Below are positions 1 to 17,297 of a stretch of DNA of 64,000 bases, piece after piece; the stretch's first letter is position 1, and each line of letters starts with the position of its first letter. This DNA is from the human T2T-CHM13v2.0 reference genome, Homo sapiens, in assembly GCF_009914755.1 (NCBI RefSeq), contig NC_060931.1. One strand, written 5' to 3'. The translations under genes were made by a program, and so were the position numbers. The notes beneath the pieces are model-generated. The model saw nothing but the letters and a program-made list of their open reading frames with translations, made no database searches and had not been told where the DNA came from.

Positions 1-3455
<3,455 letters not shown>

Positions 3456-3734
3456 AAAAAAAAACCTCTTTCTAAAAAAAACTCTTTAAGTTGAGGAATG
3501 TGTCTTCTTCATTGTGTCCCCGGTAGCTAGTACAGTGGCAGAATTGATGGCTTTTAAGTATAGCTAATGACTGAAGGAGCATGTTATAAAATATTTATTA
3601 AAGCCTGTTCTATAATATTTGGCAGGTAATAGACATTTAATAATTATTAGATCATAGCTGATGATTTGACTCTTGACAGAACTAATTGCTACTTACATTT
3701 AAATAATGCTAATTAGAATGACAGGCTATTGGAA

Positions 3735-3900
3735 AGCATGCAGAAGAAACATATGGAAGTTAATAAACCTAGAGTCAAGGCCTGCCCTTCTCACAGTTAT
3801 TCAACCCTAATAAATAGCTTTCTCTTGCTGACTCTCAGTTTCCTCACTTATAAAACGAGCACATTACCTACCTCATAACGCTGTTGTGATGTTGTGATGA
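3735..3900 (+). mobile_element. MIR fragment
   Basis: MIR core 'ctcagtttcctcacttataaaa...acctacctcata'. Confidence 0.7.
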
Positions 3901-4124
3901 CTAAACATTTCTTACAGTTACTAAGTGGCTCTATGATCACTTCAATAAAACTATGTGCCAAGTTTCTATGTAATGATAGCCTGAGAATCCCCAAAAGTAT
4001 TGGTTGCTTTCCGACCAGTCAATAATAGCTTACTAATTTATCTGGGATCTCATGTGACTTGCTTCGTCTGTTCCAATAAATTTAGCATAAATTCAATTTG
4101 TTCAAAACCCACTACTACTACTAC

Positions 4125-4350
4125 TATCTAACATTTCTAGTATGGCTACTTTGTACTAGGTTCTTTTCTAAGTATTCCATGCATTCGTTCATGGAAACAC
4201 TTTTATTATTACATTTTGCAGTTGCTAAAACTGCATTTTACGTAAGACAAAATTATTTTCCTGTGTTTATACAGTTTGTGAGAAGCAAAAGCAAGTTGTA
4301 TACCCAAGTTTGCCTGATTCCAGAGTCAGGTTAGTTATCCACCATATTAT
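4125..4350 (-). mobile_element. MIR fragment
   Basis: Degenerate antisense MIR ('ctaacattt...ctactttgtactagg...gcctgattccagagtc'). Confidence 0.55.
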
Positions 4351-4635
4351 AACAACACTCAGGCAAAGTTTACATGTCTAGTTAATGTCAATAATGGTAT
4401 AAACAGGAATTAGGTAATAGGCCATTTTTGGCTCTCTTAGTGAGATAGTAATTAAACATTTTAGCTGAAATTTCTCTTTACTATAACATACCACTTGATA
4501 AAGCATACATTAATTCTAGTCTGGTTTTGCTGTTGAGAAATTATCTACATTTACTACCTTATTATAACATATTATTCTTTTCATTTTAAAAATGGCCATT
4601 AGGTTTATCTTACTTATAATACAAAGTGTACTTTA

Positions 4636-4785
4636 TTTATTTTTTAACTTTTATTTTAAATTTAGGGGTATATGTGCAGGATGTGCAGGTTTGTTACATA
4701 GGTAAACTTGTGTCATGGGTATTTGTTGTACAGATTATTTCATCACCCAGGTATTAAGACTTGTATTCATTAGTTATTTTTTCTG
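4636..4785 (-). mobile_element. Heavily 5'-truncated L1PA 3' end with target-site duplication
   Basis: 'tgtgcaggtttgttacataggtaaac' is the L1PA 3' UTR. Flanks agtgtacttta (4625-4635) and agtgtatttta (4786-4796) form a TSD. Confidence 0.9.
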
Positions 4786-5109
4786 AGTGTATTTTAATAG
4801 AAAACTAAACACTAATGAAATCACTGAAGATATCATAGGAATATAAAACCCTCAAGAGATGATTTAGAGTTTTCCATTTTCAGTTCATGGAAGGCAAGGT
4901 TTCCACTCAACAGAGAAAGTACAAAATGGCAGTCATCAGGACTAAAACATTACAACTGTAGAAGTTACACAATGTAAAGCTTCTGATATTATAGGCACAA
5001 ATTACATCATGAAACCATTTCACTAGAGCACATTAGTAAACTCAGTTTCCAACGGATTTCCCTTGGGGCCCTCGCCGTATTGAAACAATCACTATCTTAA
5101 GAAGAAAAA

Positions 5110-5222
5110 TGTGTTCATTTGTTCCCATGAACCAGCACCTAGCATACCTGTCTTCCACATCATAGGTATCCAATAAATGTTTCCTGAATAAGCAAATGAA
5201 GAATGAATGAATGAATGAATGA
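5110..5222 (+). mobile_element. L2 3' end with (GAAT)n tail
   Basis: 'cagcacctagca...caataaatgtttcctgaat...gaatgaatgaatgaat'. Confidence 0.75.
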
Positions 5223-6737
5223 GGAAATAGGGAATTCAAATTTCTTCCAGTCTTGAAAGGATTGATAGTCTATGTGGACAGAGCATAGATGTAAATAGAT
5301 TTTTAAGAAAACAAGGTGCAGACATGAATATTTAAAGAACTTTCTAAGGACTACAACAATTGATAGAAACTATCTCAGAGATCTGTGGGGCAGGATGTAA
5401 CTCCGAAGGCTTGCTATCCACTTATAACCTCTTCCACTGGCTAAGGGAGACAGTAGGGACACACTGCATAGAAACAGGAAGAAAGCAATAATTAATGTTT
5501 TTTAAAGAAAACCATTAATAGTTAATTAAGAATTAAGGGCCCATGGTCTCTGAGGTTGGAGTCATTTCAAAGTACTAGAAAAAATGAGCATAGGGAAGAA
5601 ATCATATTCATAAGTACCTTGCTCTAATATTTCCAAATGTACATCAAGAGAAACTGTTGCAACTTGCTGACTTTAAAATTCTAGCCTTCTCTGGCTTCAT
5701 GAAAAACTTGCTAGCCTCCTGCAAAGTTACAGTTCAATCTGCTTCACATTGGGTAAAACAATACCCAAGGTACAGAGGTGCTGAAAGGCTTAGTTATTGT
5801 TAGTTATGGGAGTTGACAATCTTGAATAAAAAGCACTCTTAGTGCAAAGTAGAATTGTAATCAGTGTCATTGTCATTTGAACCACATTGTTTGCAGTGTA
5901 ACCAATTGTGAAACCAACATAAATTCAAAAACTAAATTAGAAAAACAGATGCTTCTTTTGTTTGGAGATTTTAGTCCCATCTAGCCATATTGTATATCAT
6001 TTTCTTTGACTTACACCACATAGAAAGAAAAATCAGAGAGCATAATACAAAAATGCAGAAACATATTTAGCAAATTTGTGGATTTCATAAGTCATTTATA
6101 AACTTTGGATTTACAAACAATTTCAAAGGCTTTTGAAAATATTTATACACACAAGAATCTCTATAATACTACATATAATTATACCATGGCTTTTCCAAAG
6201 CATATTCCAGAGATAGACTTTCGGCAGAATATCAAGTTTCCTATTTGGGGTTTGTCTTGGAGACAGTGAACAATTTATTTTTCAGTCTCTGTCTCCACTG
6301 ATGCTTGTGATTAAGATAAATACATTGGTGCAATGAGAGAAAAGAGATTTATCTTGTACATAATTTCTAAATTGACTTGTGACATTAGGAAGTCGATCTA
6401 CCCAGAGTGGAATTTGTTTCTTCAGTTCACTGAAGTTCAGTTCTTCAGTTCACTAAGTTCCAACTAATTTTTGTTTCTCCACAGTCTCAACTATTTTTTA
6501 AGGAAATTGCGAAGTTCACTTTTAATGTTTCTGAACTACCAGACTTCCTATGATTTAAAAAATAACAACTGTAAATTTGCATGAAATCTTTGGCATTATA
6601 TACTCAAGTATAGCTTCAATTCTGGGCCAATATACAATGCTGATTTGTGTAGGACAAATATCTAGAAAAATAGGTATTTTTGAAAAGAAGATAAATACTC
6701 TACCAGTGCAAGTTCAAGATGAAATAAGAGCTACATG

Positions 6738-6773
6738 CACACACACACACAAACACACACACACACACACACA
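6738..6773. repeat. Interrupted (CA)n microsatellite
   Basis: Read directly from the sequence. Confidence 0.95.
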
Positions 6774-7239
6774 TCCATCTGCATCACATATCTCATAAGC
6801 ACTAAGGGAAAAAAAACACACTTTTGTGTTTATGATGTTAATTTTAAGCAATCAAAAGTATAAGCAATAACATATGTTTTGCCAAGTTTACAGTACACCA
6901 TTGTGGGTATAAGCATAGGGATTTAAGCTTTGTTTTCAATAGTCTGAGGTGCTTGCATTTTGTTTATATCAACATTTTACTTCCAACAATTTTTTTAAAA
7001 GTCATCTTATTTGTAGTCTAAATAGTTCTTGGTAAAACACAAAATCTCTTAGTGAGTAGCAAATCGGGGCCACTAAAAATAAATTTCCTCTTTGTTGCAA
7101 ATGAGACAAAAACTGTTGTATTTAGACTGTGGGGGCAGTTAACAAGGTCTAGGAAACCTCAACCTGCTACCCCAAACCTTTTGTCTGACTACGTGGATAA
7201 GAACAGATGACAGGAGAGTGGGTGGCTTCCTGGAGAGAA

Positions 7240-7445
7240 CTTGGGCTTTAACTCTTATTAACTGTATTTCCTAGTAGAGTAGCATCTGTGCATACTAGAT
7301 GTGTAAGCTTCAACAAATGATCTTGCCCTGAGTCTGTTTTATTGTCTGTAATATGGGTAAAATATTATATTTTTATGAGATTAATTTAAGGATTTGATGG
7401 CACAATGCATGCAGAATCATTAGCATAGAACATATACTTGATATT
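7240..7445 (+). mobile_element. MIR fragment
   Basis: 'ctgagtctgttttattgtctgtaatatggg...aatgcatgcagaatcattagcatag'. Confidence 0.6.
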
Positions 7446-10049
7446 TCTCAATTCTTCTTGATTTTCCCTTCCTGTCTTTCTTTCCTCATTTTCAAACAAA
7501 TCAAAATAAAACTGAAAAAGTATAAAGTATATCACGGGAAAATTTAGAATAAAATATATTTTATTTTTTTCTCAACATTAGAAAGTCAACTAAAAAATGA
7601 GCAGCTATCATACCAATACATCGTTTAGTATAGGGTAGTCAGTTGACCCACACAGTAATATTAAGTCAATTCAGCTGTCTTTGAATAAAAGGAAAGAGTA
7701 AGCAAGCAAAAGAAAGAGAGAAAGAACAATTTAATAATTACAGAGGATTCTTCCCACCATTCTAATAATGAATGGAGTATGAATCACCTAGCAAGCAAGA
7801 GATGGCAGACATGATTTGGCTTTCCATTCAATCATCACCCATCATTGAAAGATGCTTATTTTCATTACAATATGACACCTAAATTCATGCCAACTATTTC
7901 ATCTGAAACTCAACCAAGAAAATGGCAATCTGTTCTAATGCTGAAGGAAAATACTGGTTTTCTAGTCTTCAACATGACCTTTCAGAGAGATTTTCAATGG
8001 ACCTTTTAAATATACATATATATGATTTTCTTCACACTTCATAACTTTAGAGCTTAAATTCACATTTGTCACTCTACTGTACTAATATTTAAGTACACAA
8101 CAGAATTTAACATTGTATTATCATTAAGGAGCATATTAGAAAGTTAAAATATTCTATAAAATATACTATATAAGCAATACATATGTTCAGATAATTTGTA
8201 CTTTTGGTTATTAAAAAGAATTTTTAACAATAGGTCATCAAATTTTTGTAGTTGAAGAAATATTTTCAGATTTTGCGATTTAGAATTGAAATTTCAAAAG
8301 AACATAGACAGTAAAAGTAAATATTAGTGAAATATTGAACTAATTAGAGGGAAGCCAACTGAGATATTTCTAAAACAAACAAAAAAACTAAGTGTATTTA
8401 CTACATTTGTAGGGTAATGGGGAAGCCAAATAATTTTCATGGGTTTCAGAATGAATGATCAAGGTGGAAAGCATAGAAAAATACTTGGGAACACCTGATA
8501 AGCAAAGAGTACCAGCCCCATACACACACTTACATGCACCATACACACCCACCTGTTACTCAAGTTTTCAGAAGTGAAGCCACCAAAAGATTAAAATAAA
8601 TATTGGTGACAAAAGATAGGTGCTGCTGGAGTAGATCAAGGTTAATGGAGGTCCTTGAACTCTTTGGGATATCAAGACCAAAAATAAAAGCTTCCTTTGA
8701 AGTTTGTTATCTGGAGAATCAGACAGACTTCTTACTCTTCCCTGGTTCTAGGGACCATGTGACAATTTATGGCAAATGACATTAGATATTAATCTTTGAT
8801 ATTTAGTAGCATAGATCATAAGCCTTTTTCAAATCAGGTAGCTAGAATCATATTTTCAAAGTACAAGCCCTTAATTTCCGTAATAGCTACAAAAGGTGGA
8901 GGAGGACATTTTATTGAGATTATTGTTAGCCAGCCACCCACACACATGGGATCCAAAGTATAGTGTTCTTTGCTTCATATTCAAATCTAAAATCCAGCGC
9001 ATACTGAGCCCATAGTGAAATGTGTTTACATACACCCAACAGACGAAAGGGAGGCAACAAAGGAGACTGAGAAGAAATGGCTAGGATTTTCAGAAACAAA
9101 ATTAGGAGGCTGAGGTAATCACTTGTCTCTTCAGGGATCTGCTACTTCTTGAAGAGGATTTATGGGATGTTACAGGTTTCTGAGGCTTACCCTCTATTGT
9201 CTATAACTGCTTATTCATGCAGGACAAGAGAAGAAGGTTAATAAGTACCCTCAGGGATGTAATACTGAAGGACTTTGGCCCTAGGTAAATAAAAACTCCA
9301 CCATTTTGTTCATTTTAAGGCTGGAATTCTGGTAGATAAGTCAGGTAATGTGCAGTGAAGAGCTATCTATATCCAGATATCATAGAACAGATTGAGGTGT
9401 CCTAGACCATGGCTCAAGATATTGCAATGATGGCATAAGATAGTTGGTCAAAGAATGAACAATACAAGAGCTGAATAAACATAAAATAAAATGTAGGAGA
9501 AGAAAAGGAAGCCATCTTTAATACCAGTTATTATAAAGAACAAAGAATGTGAGTGAGAAAGATAGCTCCTTGTAATTCAGAAAAAGAAAGAAGCAAATGA
9601 GAAAAGAGGACATAATCAGAACTTGAGGTCAATCAGCATAATAATTTTAGGGTATGGGTAATCAACAGAGTAAACTTACAGTCTTATTAGATAAAGGGAA
9701 CTACTTACTATGAATAATAAAGCACTTATGCCATGTGCCTCAAGCTTAGAATCCAGAATTGGAAGTGCATAACTTAATGGAAAAAGTCCACAGAAAGTAT
9801 ACAAAGCTAGATAGATCTATATGTCCATGAAATATAAATTTGTGAGGAAATCCATGAATCAGAAAATGGCTGCAAGCTGGCAGAGTCTTATTGGAAGCAA
9901 AGAAAAGAAGGCATACAAGTAATATTTATTTATGTGGGACACTTAAAGCTTTTCAGCCAGAGAAAATGGAAAATGCATTACTGTCATATATCACAAAGCA
10001 CATATAAAAGCAAAATATGGTAAAGATGGTGAGCTTTGGTTATCCAGAT

Positions 10050-10652
10050 TTATTAGTTTTTTATTGCTCTGTAATGAGTTACCACAAACTTAGTGGCTTT
10101 AAAAAAACACCCATTTATTTGCTCAGGATTCTGTAGGTCAGAAATCTGGCACAGTGTTGGCATGTTCTCTGGTCAGGATGTCACAATGCCAAAATCAAGG
10201 TGTTAAACTCAATTGCCATTTGGACCCTGGGATAGAATCCACTTCCAAGATCATTCAGGTTTTTGGCCAAATTTAGCTCCTTGTGGTCTTAGGACTAGGG
10301 TCTCTGTTTTCCTTGTTGACTATCAGCCAGTGGCTGCTCTCAGCTCTTAGAAGCCATCTACATCCCATGCCACCTGCCACCTGGTTGCCTTCATCTTCAA
10401 ACTAGCAACTGTGTTTTGCATCCATCTCCTGCTTTGAATCTCTGACTTACTAGTCTGTGAGCAGACAGAGAAAAATTTAGTTTTAAAGAGCTTGTGTAAT
10501 TACATTAGGCCCACCCTATCTTAAGGTCAACTGTGCCAAAACTTAATAATGGGAGTAAAATCCATCATATTCAGAGTCCCAGGAACTAGGCAGGGAATGA
10601 ACACGAGGGGGTGGGAAATCTCGAGGGCCATCTTAGAGTTCTGCCTACCACA
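10050..10652 (-). mobile_element. MaLR solo LTR (MLT1E-like)
   Basis: Starts 'tattagt...taccacaaacttagtggctt' and ends 'gccatcttagagttctgcctaccaca'. Confidence 0.9.
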
Positions 10653-11169
10653 GTGGACATCTGTCGTGGGTCTTCCTCAGCAAAAGCAGAACAAATGATC
10701 ACTGGTGACGTGATAAACTACTGACTTCTCCATAAGGCATGTGAGCCTCCCTCTGCTCTGCTCTGCTGTAGTCCCTTGGGATACTATATCCCTCTCTCGT
10801 GCTGCCCTTAAGAGAAGCAGTACCAAATTGGAACATGTTTAGAGATAAAAAATGTTCTTGCAACTGTGTATAGAAGGAAAGCCTGAAGGGTCTGAGGGTG
10901 TTTAGTGTGTAGGATAGGGGTCATAGAGACAAAATTAATTATTTTATTGATTTAAAATATTTGCAGTGTTGCCACAAAGTAAATATTCACTGTGGGTCTT
11001 TAAGGTGTACAGTAACAATGAATAGGTGAAGGCAACAAGAAAGAATTCTAGTGAGAGACATAGAAGGAATTACTAGGAAAAAAATTATGGAAAATCCCTG
11101 GATATACCTAGCTACTTTATCAGATACTTTATTCTTTAGAATATAGGTAACTAGAAATTAAAGAATAAA

Positions 11170-11390
11170 ATGAATTTATGATCAAATTGGTAAAAGAAAC
11201 TCTAGGTTAAGCAAGTAAGCAGCCTTTTCCTCCCACTGCAGGATTTCTCAAAGACTTTATTATGGTCCGTAATTCTCAGAAGGAAAGATATGGCATGCAA
11301 AATGTTTCAGGTTAATAGAACATCAAACATATTTTTTATTTAGACACCTTTAGGACTGGTATTTCACAAACTTTGCTTGGTAAACTGCTG
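11170..11390. mobile_element. hAT-Charlie-type DNA transposon fragment (MER112-like)
   Basis: 'ctgcaggatttctcaaagactttattatg' and the terminal 'tttgcttggtaaactgctg'. Confidence 0.5.
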
Positions 11391-11723
11391 TGTGTTATGG
11401 GGAATTTGTGTATCAGAGAGTGGTTCAACATAACCACTGCAATCTCTTTTTCTATTTCAGGACACATTTGGGTACTTAGCTAGAGCTGAGTCATCTTTAT
11501 TAATGTGAGCTGAATATCTACACAGCAGCCACAGAAAATGAGTGGTACCTATTTGAATGCCTATGGGACTTAACTGGATTATATATATTCTCACAGAAAT
11601 TAGTTAGAAAACGGTGCTCAAAACTTTGCCTCCTCAAAGTATAAGTAACTGGATGAAAGATCACCTGAGCAAAATCAATTGTGAAAAACTTGTTCCAGAT
11701 TCAACAAAAATTATTAACAATAG

Positions 11724-12088
11724 TATATTAGTTCATTCTCACACTGCTGATAATGACATACATGAGACTGGGTAATTTATAAAGAAAAAGAGGTTTAGCG
11801 GACTCACATTTCCACTTGGCTGGGGAGGCCTCACACTCAGGGCAGAAGGCAAGAGGCACATCTCACATGGCCTCAGGGAAGTGAGAGAATGAGAGCCAAG
11901 CAAAAGGGGAAACCCCTTATAAAATCCTCACATGTCGTGGGACTTATTCACTACCACGAGAACAGTATGGGACAAACCACCCCCATGATTCAATCATCTC
12001 CCACCGGGGTCCCTCCCACAACACAAGGGAATTATGGGAGCTACAATGCAAGATGAGATTTGGGTGGGGACACAGCAAAACCATATCA
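11724..12088 (-). mobile_element. THE1 (THE1C-like) solo LTR
   Basis: Canonical THE1 ends ('tattagttcattctcacactgct' ... 'gatttgggtggggacacagcaaaaccatatca'). 5-bp TSD aatag/aataa. Confidence 0.95.
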
Positions 12089-14769
12089 AATAATGATGGA
12101 AATTAAGAAATTATTGTGATCTGCTATTCTCAGTAAATAATTCAGAAAAAATCTCAATCTTCATGATTTGTAAATAGTTGAAAGCTAGTGCACTTAATCA
12201 GCTTGGGAGCTGCATCTTGGCTGTTCTCATAAATCTCTTGTTGAGGAAGTTCATTGCTATAAAAATGTTAGAGGTTTTCCCTATTGCTTCTTTGAATACT
12301 AATCATTCCACCTTCCTTTTATATAACACTTTGACGAAACGAAGCTAGGACTATCCTGATATGGTGAAATATTTCTCATAGTAGATTCTCTGAGCTTCAT
12401 TATAGAGAATGTTGCAGTCCAATAAATTCAGCAGGTTTTGTCATTTTAAAATTTTTATTAAAAAATCTTTAAGATAAAATATAACTAACTCTTCTTAGCC
12501 TCAGTATACCAAAAAGCAGATATTAGTAGGAAAAAAAAAATATAAGGGAATACCTTCCGAAAGAATCTCACAATTCCTGAGCTGAAAAAAAGTCTTCTAT
12601 ATTCTTAATTCCAGCTAAGCAGGTAAAAAAATCTAGTACTAAAGAGATAGCAAGGTATGACTGGAGCCCAGGCCATCTAACTCAGTCCAGGTCTCTTACA
12701 TTAGGTTTTAGTTTTTGTAACTTTGTTCTATTATCTATACTCCTCATTATCTTTTATGTATGTGCGTGTGAGAAATATTGTACCATAAATATGATAAATT
12801 TATTTTGTAATTATCTGTCATTATATAATCAAATGTCAAATAGTCAAATGTCCAAGGTAGACATATTTAGTTATAATATCATTTCTAGTAGCAAACCTTG
12901 AAATCTCTAATCATATGTTCTCCATATCTATTTCTCTTCACTGATGACTGATTTTTTTTTACTACCGTCAACATCAAAATATATGGAAAATCCATTATTT
13001 CAAAAGAGCAATTTCAGACCAATTTTCAACAGAAAAGTACTCAAATAATAGGCTCTAATGTTCTTACATGAATACTGTATAAATGTGTCCATCCCTGCAG
13101 AAGTTCTTATCATATCCTGCAAAATAGCAAAGCTATCAGTTACTTTCGGTAAAGAAACAATTTCCATTTTACTCTAGGCCTGTCTTTTGGGTTACATCAA
13201 TGTCTGTAATTCACATTTCTAATTTTAAGTTAATAAAATTTGATATTCTTCCTGTTAATCATTGTAAGCATGGGGGAGGATCTGAAAAAACGTGAGATGG
13301 GGAAGACATGTTTTAATAAGAAATTCCTAAATGGAACTTGATTTTTTAAAAAAGAACTTGACACAAATAAAATATTCTTAAAAATAGAACATCTCAATCT
13401 GTCCAAAGACAGGTAATATCCATGTAAAAATTCTCATATTAACCCACCAATGTCCTTCAGCCTGTGTTGAGAAGCACCAACTCTCAGGTTGGGGGAATAG
13501 TTTATCCTCCCAGGTCCACTCAATTCTTGGCCTATAGGCTGAGATTGCCACCTGGGGAGCCAATTAGTGCCAAATATGTTGGTGGTTTTCTGATGTAGGA
13601 AAATCTCCCCTAAGAACTGGACTGAGATGAGCCATCAAATGATAGTGACTTTCAGTCACTAATGATCTGGAATTTAGATAGAGACTTTTAATTGGGTTAC
13701 CAAGCAACCTGCAAATATTTTGGTGATACCTGCTGAGTCAATTGGGTAGTTTGTAACCCACTCTTCTCTGATTATGTAATCTTTGATATGAGTACATTAC
13801 ATGTTATAAATGATCAGCATGGTTTTTTTTTCTTTGTCATTAGCCAAGAAAAGACATCACTGAGTCTTTTGTTCATTCCTTGCATTATGTTTCCATGTGT
13901 CCAAAAGAGGGTACACAGAGTAAAGAGTGGTTATAGGGAATAGAGAATAAGTATTCATTAAGCCATCTTCTTATGCCCCAGTCTTCTGCTAAGTAGAGTT
14001 AGACCTCGTGACATCAGAAAAGGCTACAAGCAATTGTTTTGTAAATCTTATTTCCACTTAATTAACAGAGCTGGAATTTCATGTCTGTTTCTTAGATCAT
14101 TTTTTAAAACATAAGAAAGTGAAATGTGAGTGTATTGTTATATGGTTTTGTTTTACCAGAGTTTTATTTTCAAATAAAACTTTCAAGAAAAATAAATTCT
14201 GCCTCTTGTTGTTTCCAGATGCCTCTGTCAGTTGCTGTGGTCCAGCATATTCACTTTTTCCTGACTGCTCCTGTCATTTCCTTCTGTCTTTCTTGCTCAG
14301 CTGCCTCACATGGGTCTCAATCAGTTCCTTAAACTACAACCTTGAGTTGTCTTGCCCCCGTTTGGGGTGGGTATTATTTTTCCCAGTGCTACTGTTCTGC
14401 CCCTCTGGCTTTTAGGTAACATTTCACATTGGCTTTCAACCTTACACGTCGCCAGATACACAGTGGGCTCTTCAGAAATGCTGCCTTTTCCCTTTGACAT
14501 GTGTGTGTGGTGTAACTTTCCCACTGTAGACGAAGCAGTGGCCAGACCTTTCCTTCTCCCAGCTTTTCTTCTATAGCCAGCTTTTCCTTTCTCACTCATT
14601 TGAACTCTTTGCTGGTAGGTATTCCTATGGGAAGGTGTGCACTGATGGTCTGGCTTTGTGTTTCTTTGAGAGCTTTCTCCTCTCCCTTTGAGAACTTGTA
14701 CCACGTGAGAAATAACATCAGTAGTCCTAACTTTTCCATTCCTAGTTGTATTGCAAATGCAAGCAGTCG

Positions 14770-14970
14770 AGCAAATGATAACAAATCATAGTGCTGTTTC
14801 AAAGGTTGCATTCACAGGACACTTAGAGCTCTCGACTGCATTTCACCAATGAGGAAACCGAGGGCCCAACATGTTAAAAGGCTAGCAAATGTTACATAAT
14901 TAATAGAAAGTGACTGGGAATTAAATCTTGTCTATAACTCCTAATCACATGTTTTGTACGGTACCTCATG
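14770..14970 (-). mobile_element. MIR fragment
   Basis: 'catttcaccaatgaggaaaccgagg'. Confidence 0.7.
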
Positions 14971-17297
14971 GTGTCTCATTTGATCACTGTATTCCTGATC
15001 CAGTTTCACTTGTCACTATGTGTTCTAAACAGAAGTTAAAGTGGCAGCAGATTCGACATGTTTTATATAGAGAGATTTCATTCATAAAATACAAAATGAA
15101 TGACAATATTATCAAGAAGGGAAATTGAAATAAAGAGAAAAAGTCATGTGAAACATATTTAGTTGTGAGTTGAAGCTCTAAATGCTTATACAAGAGGAAA
15201 GAATGTCCCATGTCATTTTATGTATCATATACCTGTGAACCACTGTCACCCTGCACACCAAAGTGTCAAAAATTAAGTGGGAAAAAATCATACACCTAAC
15301 AAGATGTTCTTTCAAAGGATTATCCTATTAGGTTTGGGGTTGGAGAAACACCTTTCTGTTGTATCTCAACTTAGCACTGGGGCTTGGGAAGGGGTCTAGG
15401 GAAAGCCCACCTCTTCCTTACAAACTTTCCCAAATGTGAGTTTTATGTTGAGTCCCTTATAAGATTATTTCCAAGTTCCTTTTGAGCTGAATGATCAGCT
15501 GGGTTCCCATTAAGAGCCTTGGCAAAGAGAATTCTTAAATGTGAGCTTGCCAAAGTATGAAATGTGATTTCTGATAGTTGTTTTTCCTTTTTCATTTTTT
15601 TCCTCCTCCTTACTCTTCTCTGACCAGCCTGAAAAGTGATACAAACCAGGCTGGGAACTACATGCTTGCAACAGAGTAATACCCTAATTATCATCCTCTT
15701 AGTAAGGGCTGCTTTTGACAGGTGTCAATTAGATTTAAATGGTTGGCTGTGCTGTTGGGTTCCTTTACTTTCCCTTTTTTTCTACACTGTCATTCCTTGA
15801 GGTAGGGTTAAATGCTGACATCCCTTTGTGCTTAACCAGAGATAACTATCAAAGCAATGTATAAATTACAGCTCCAGTTACACTGATGCTTAGGAGGCTC
15901 ATCCACCTCTAATGACAAGATATCCAATCAACCTGGGCTATAGTTTTGTGAACAGAGTTGTGAAGTTTGGTTAATGAAATCTCACATTTCACATGGTTCC
16001 TGACTGTATTTTTAGATACTCTTACAAGTAGGATATCCTAGTTAGTTATTCTATCTTTTTATCTCTTGCATGAATAAATTACAGAGTTCCGCTTCTTATC
16101 AAAGAAAGCATTCACTCATCATCTGGGAAACACAAAACACTTTTTAGACCATAAATTATTCCTAAAGAAAATCTTAGATGAGTTGGGTACTCCTTGTTGT
16201 GTATGTATATGTGTTTGTGAGAGAGAAAGAATGTCTGCTTGATGGCATTCATTCTAAATGATCATAGACAGACTACCCGATTGTCATCTTACCTGTCAGT
16301 CCTTAAAGCAAACTACCCTAGAATGCAAACAAGCAAGCCACCACCAAAAATATCCTTTCCAACTCCTTGACCAACCACTGTGAATGACCGAATACACCCA
16401 GTTCCTCCTATGGCATTTTCTTCCGGCTTACTGGCAGAGAATGTGATTTCGTGGTAGACTGGTAGACGGTTGGAAAATGACCCCTTATAATGATGGAATT
16501 TACATAAATAAATGCTGATAGCACAAAACAGATAATATGCTGTGGGTATCATCACAATAAGTTGTCTCCCACTGACACAGAGTCTAAGTTGGAAGCACAC
16601 AATTATGCAAATCAAACTAATGCCAGTTGCTCATTACTGTCATGGTGGTAAAGGCAAAAACATATCCTCCATAGACAGCTCGAGACGGGGCCACAAGCCA
16701 AAATGTTTGGTTTTGCTGACACAGTAACTGAGTCAACAAAAATAGGATATAATAGTAATACATCAGGGGAACCCACATCAGGGTAGACCTGAAGCTTAAT
16801 GGACTGTGAATCCTATGTCTGTGCAGAGCACCCTTTCACTGGTATTGACCCATAATACGTCTGCTTCCACATTTGCCGATTATGTAGAAATAGATTACAG
16901 AAGCAAATTTTTTTAAGACCTGAAATGTCTGCAAGATATTCTATTAGCTTTTCCTAAAACAGATGATATGAGATTTGTAAATACTTAAATAATGTCACAT
17001 ATCCCAGGCTAAAACACTTCCCAGAATATTTCAGAGTACCTGCTGCTGTTTGATCTAGGTTTGTCCTGAGTTCTCATTATGGCACTGAAGATGTTTTCAA
17101 ACAATAGAATGCTCATTTGCCACATAAACATCTTTCCTATCTTTAAAAAAAAATAGAAGAGCTGTCACCAGGAGAATATTTAACCCTGAATATTTCACAG
17201 AACCTTGAAAAAAAATTTGGCCCTATTGTAGGTTAGTGAAGCAACAGGTGCTGACCCACCAATTTAATCCATTTCTCTTCTGAATGACAGGGTAACA

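Larger units (their letters stand above)
9150..11460 (+). mobile_element. CR1/L3 LINE relic (ORF1 end, endonuclease start, 3' part), interrupted by younger elements
   Basis: 9396-9434 translates GVLDHGSRYCNDG (CR1 ORF1-like FxDHG). 9654 starts MGNQQSKL (CR1 MGNKQEEL-like). YPD (10041-49) continues as IC after the LTR (the GDFNYPDICW motif). 10750-11100 resembles the L3 3' region. Confidence 0.7.

Noticed and set aside
14119-14811. Cluster of overlapping ORFs on both strands, with an acceptor-like site at 14218
   Set aside because: No recognisable protein family, poly-A or TSD to support an exon or processed pseudogene. A BLASTx search would settle it.
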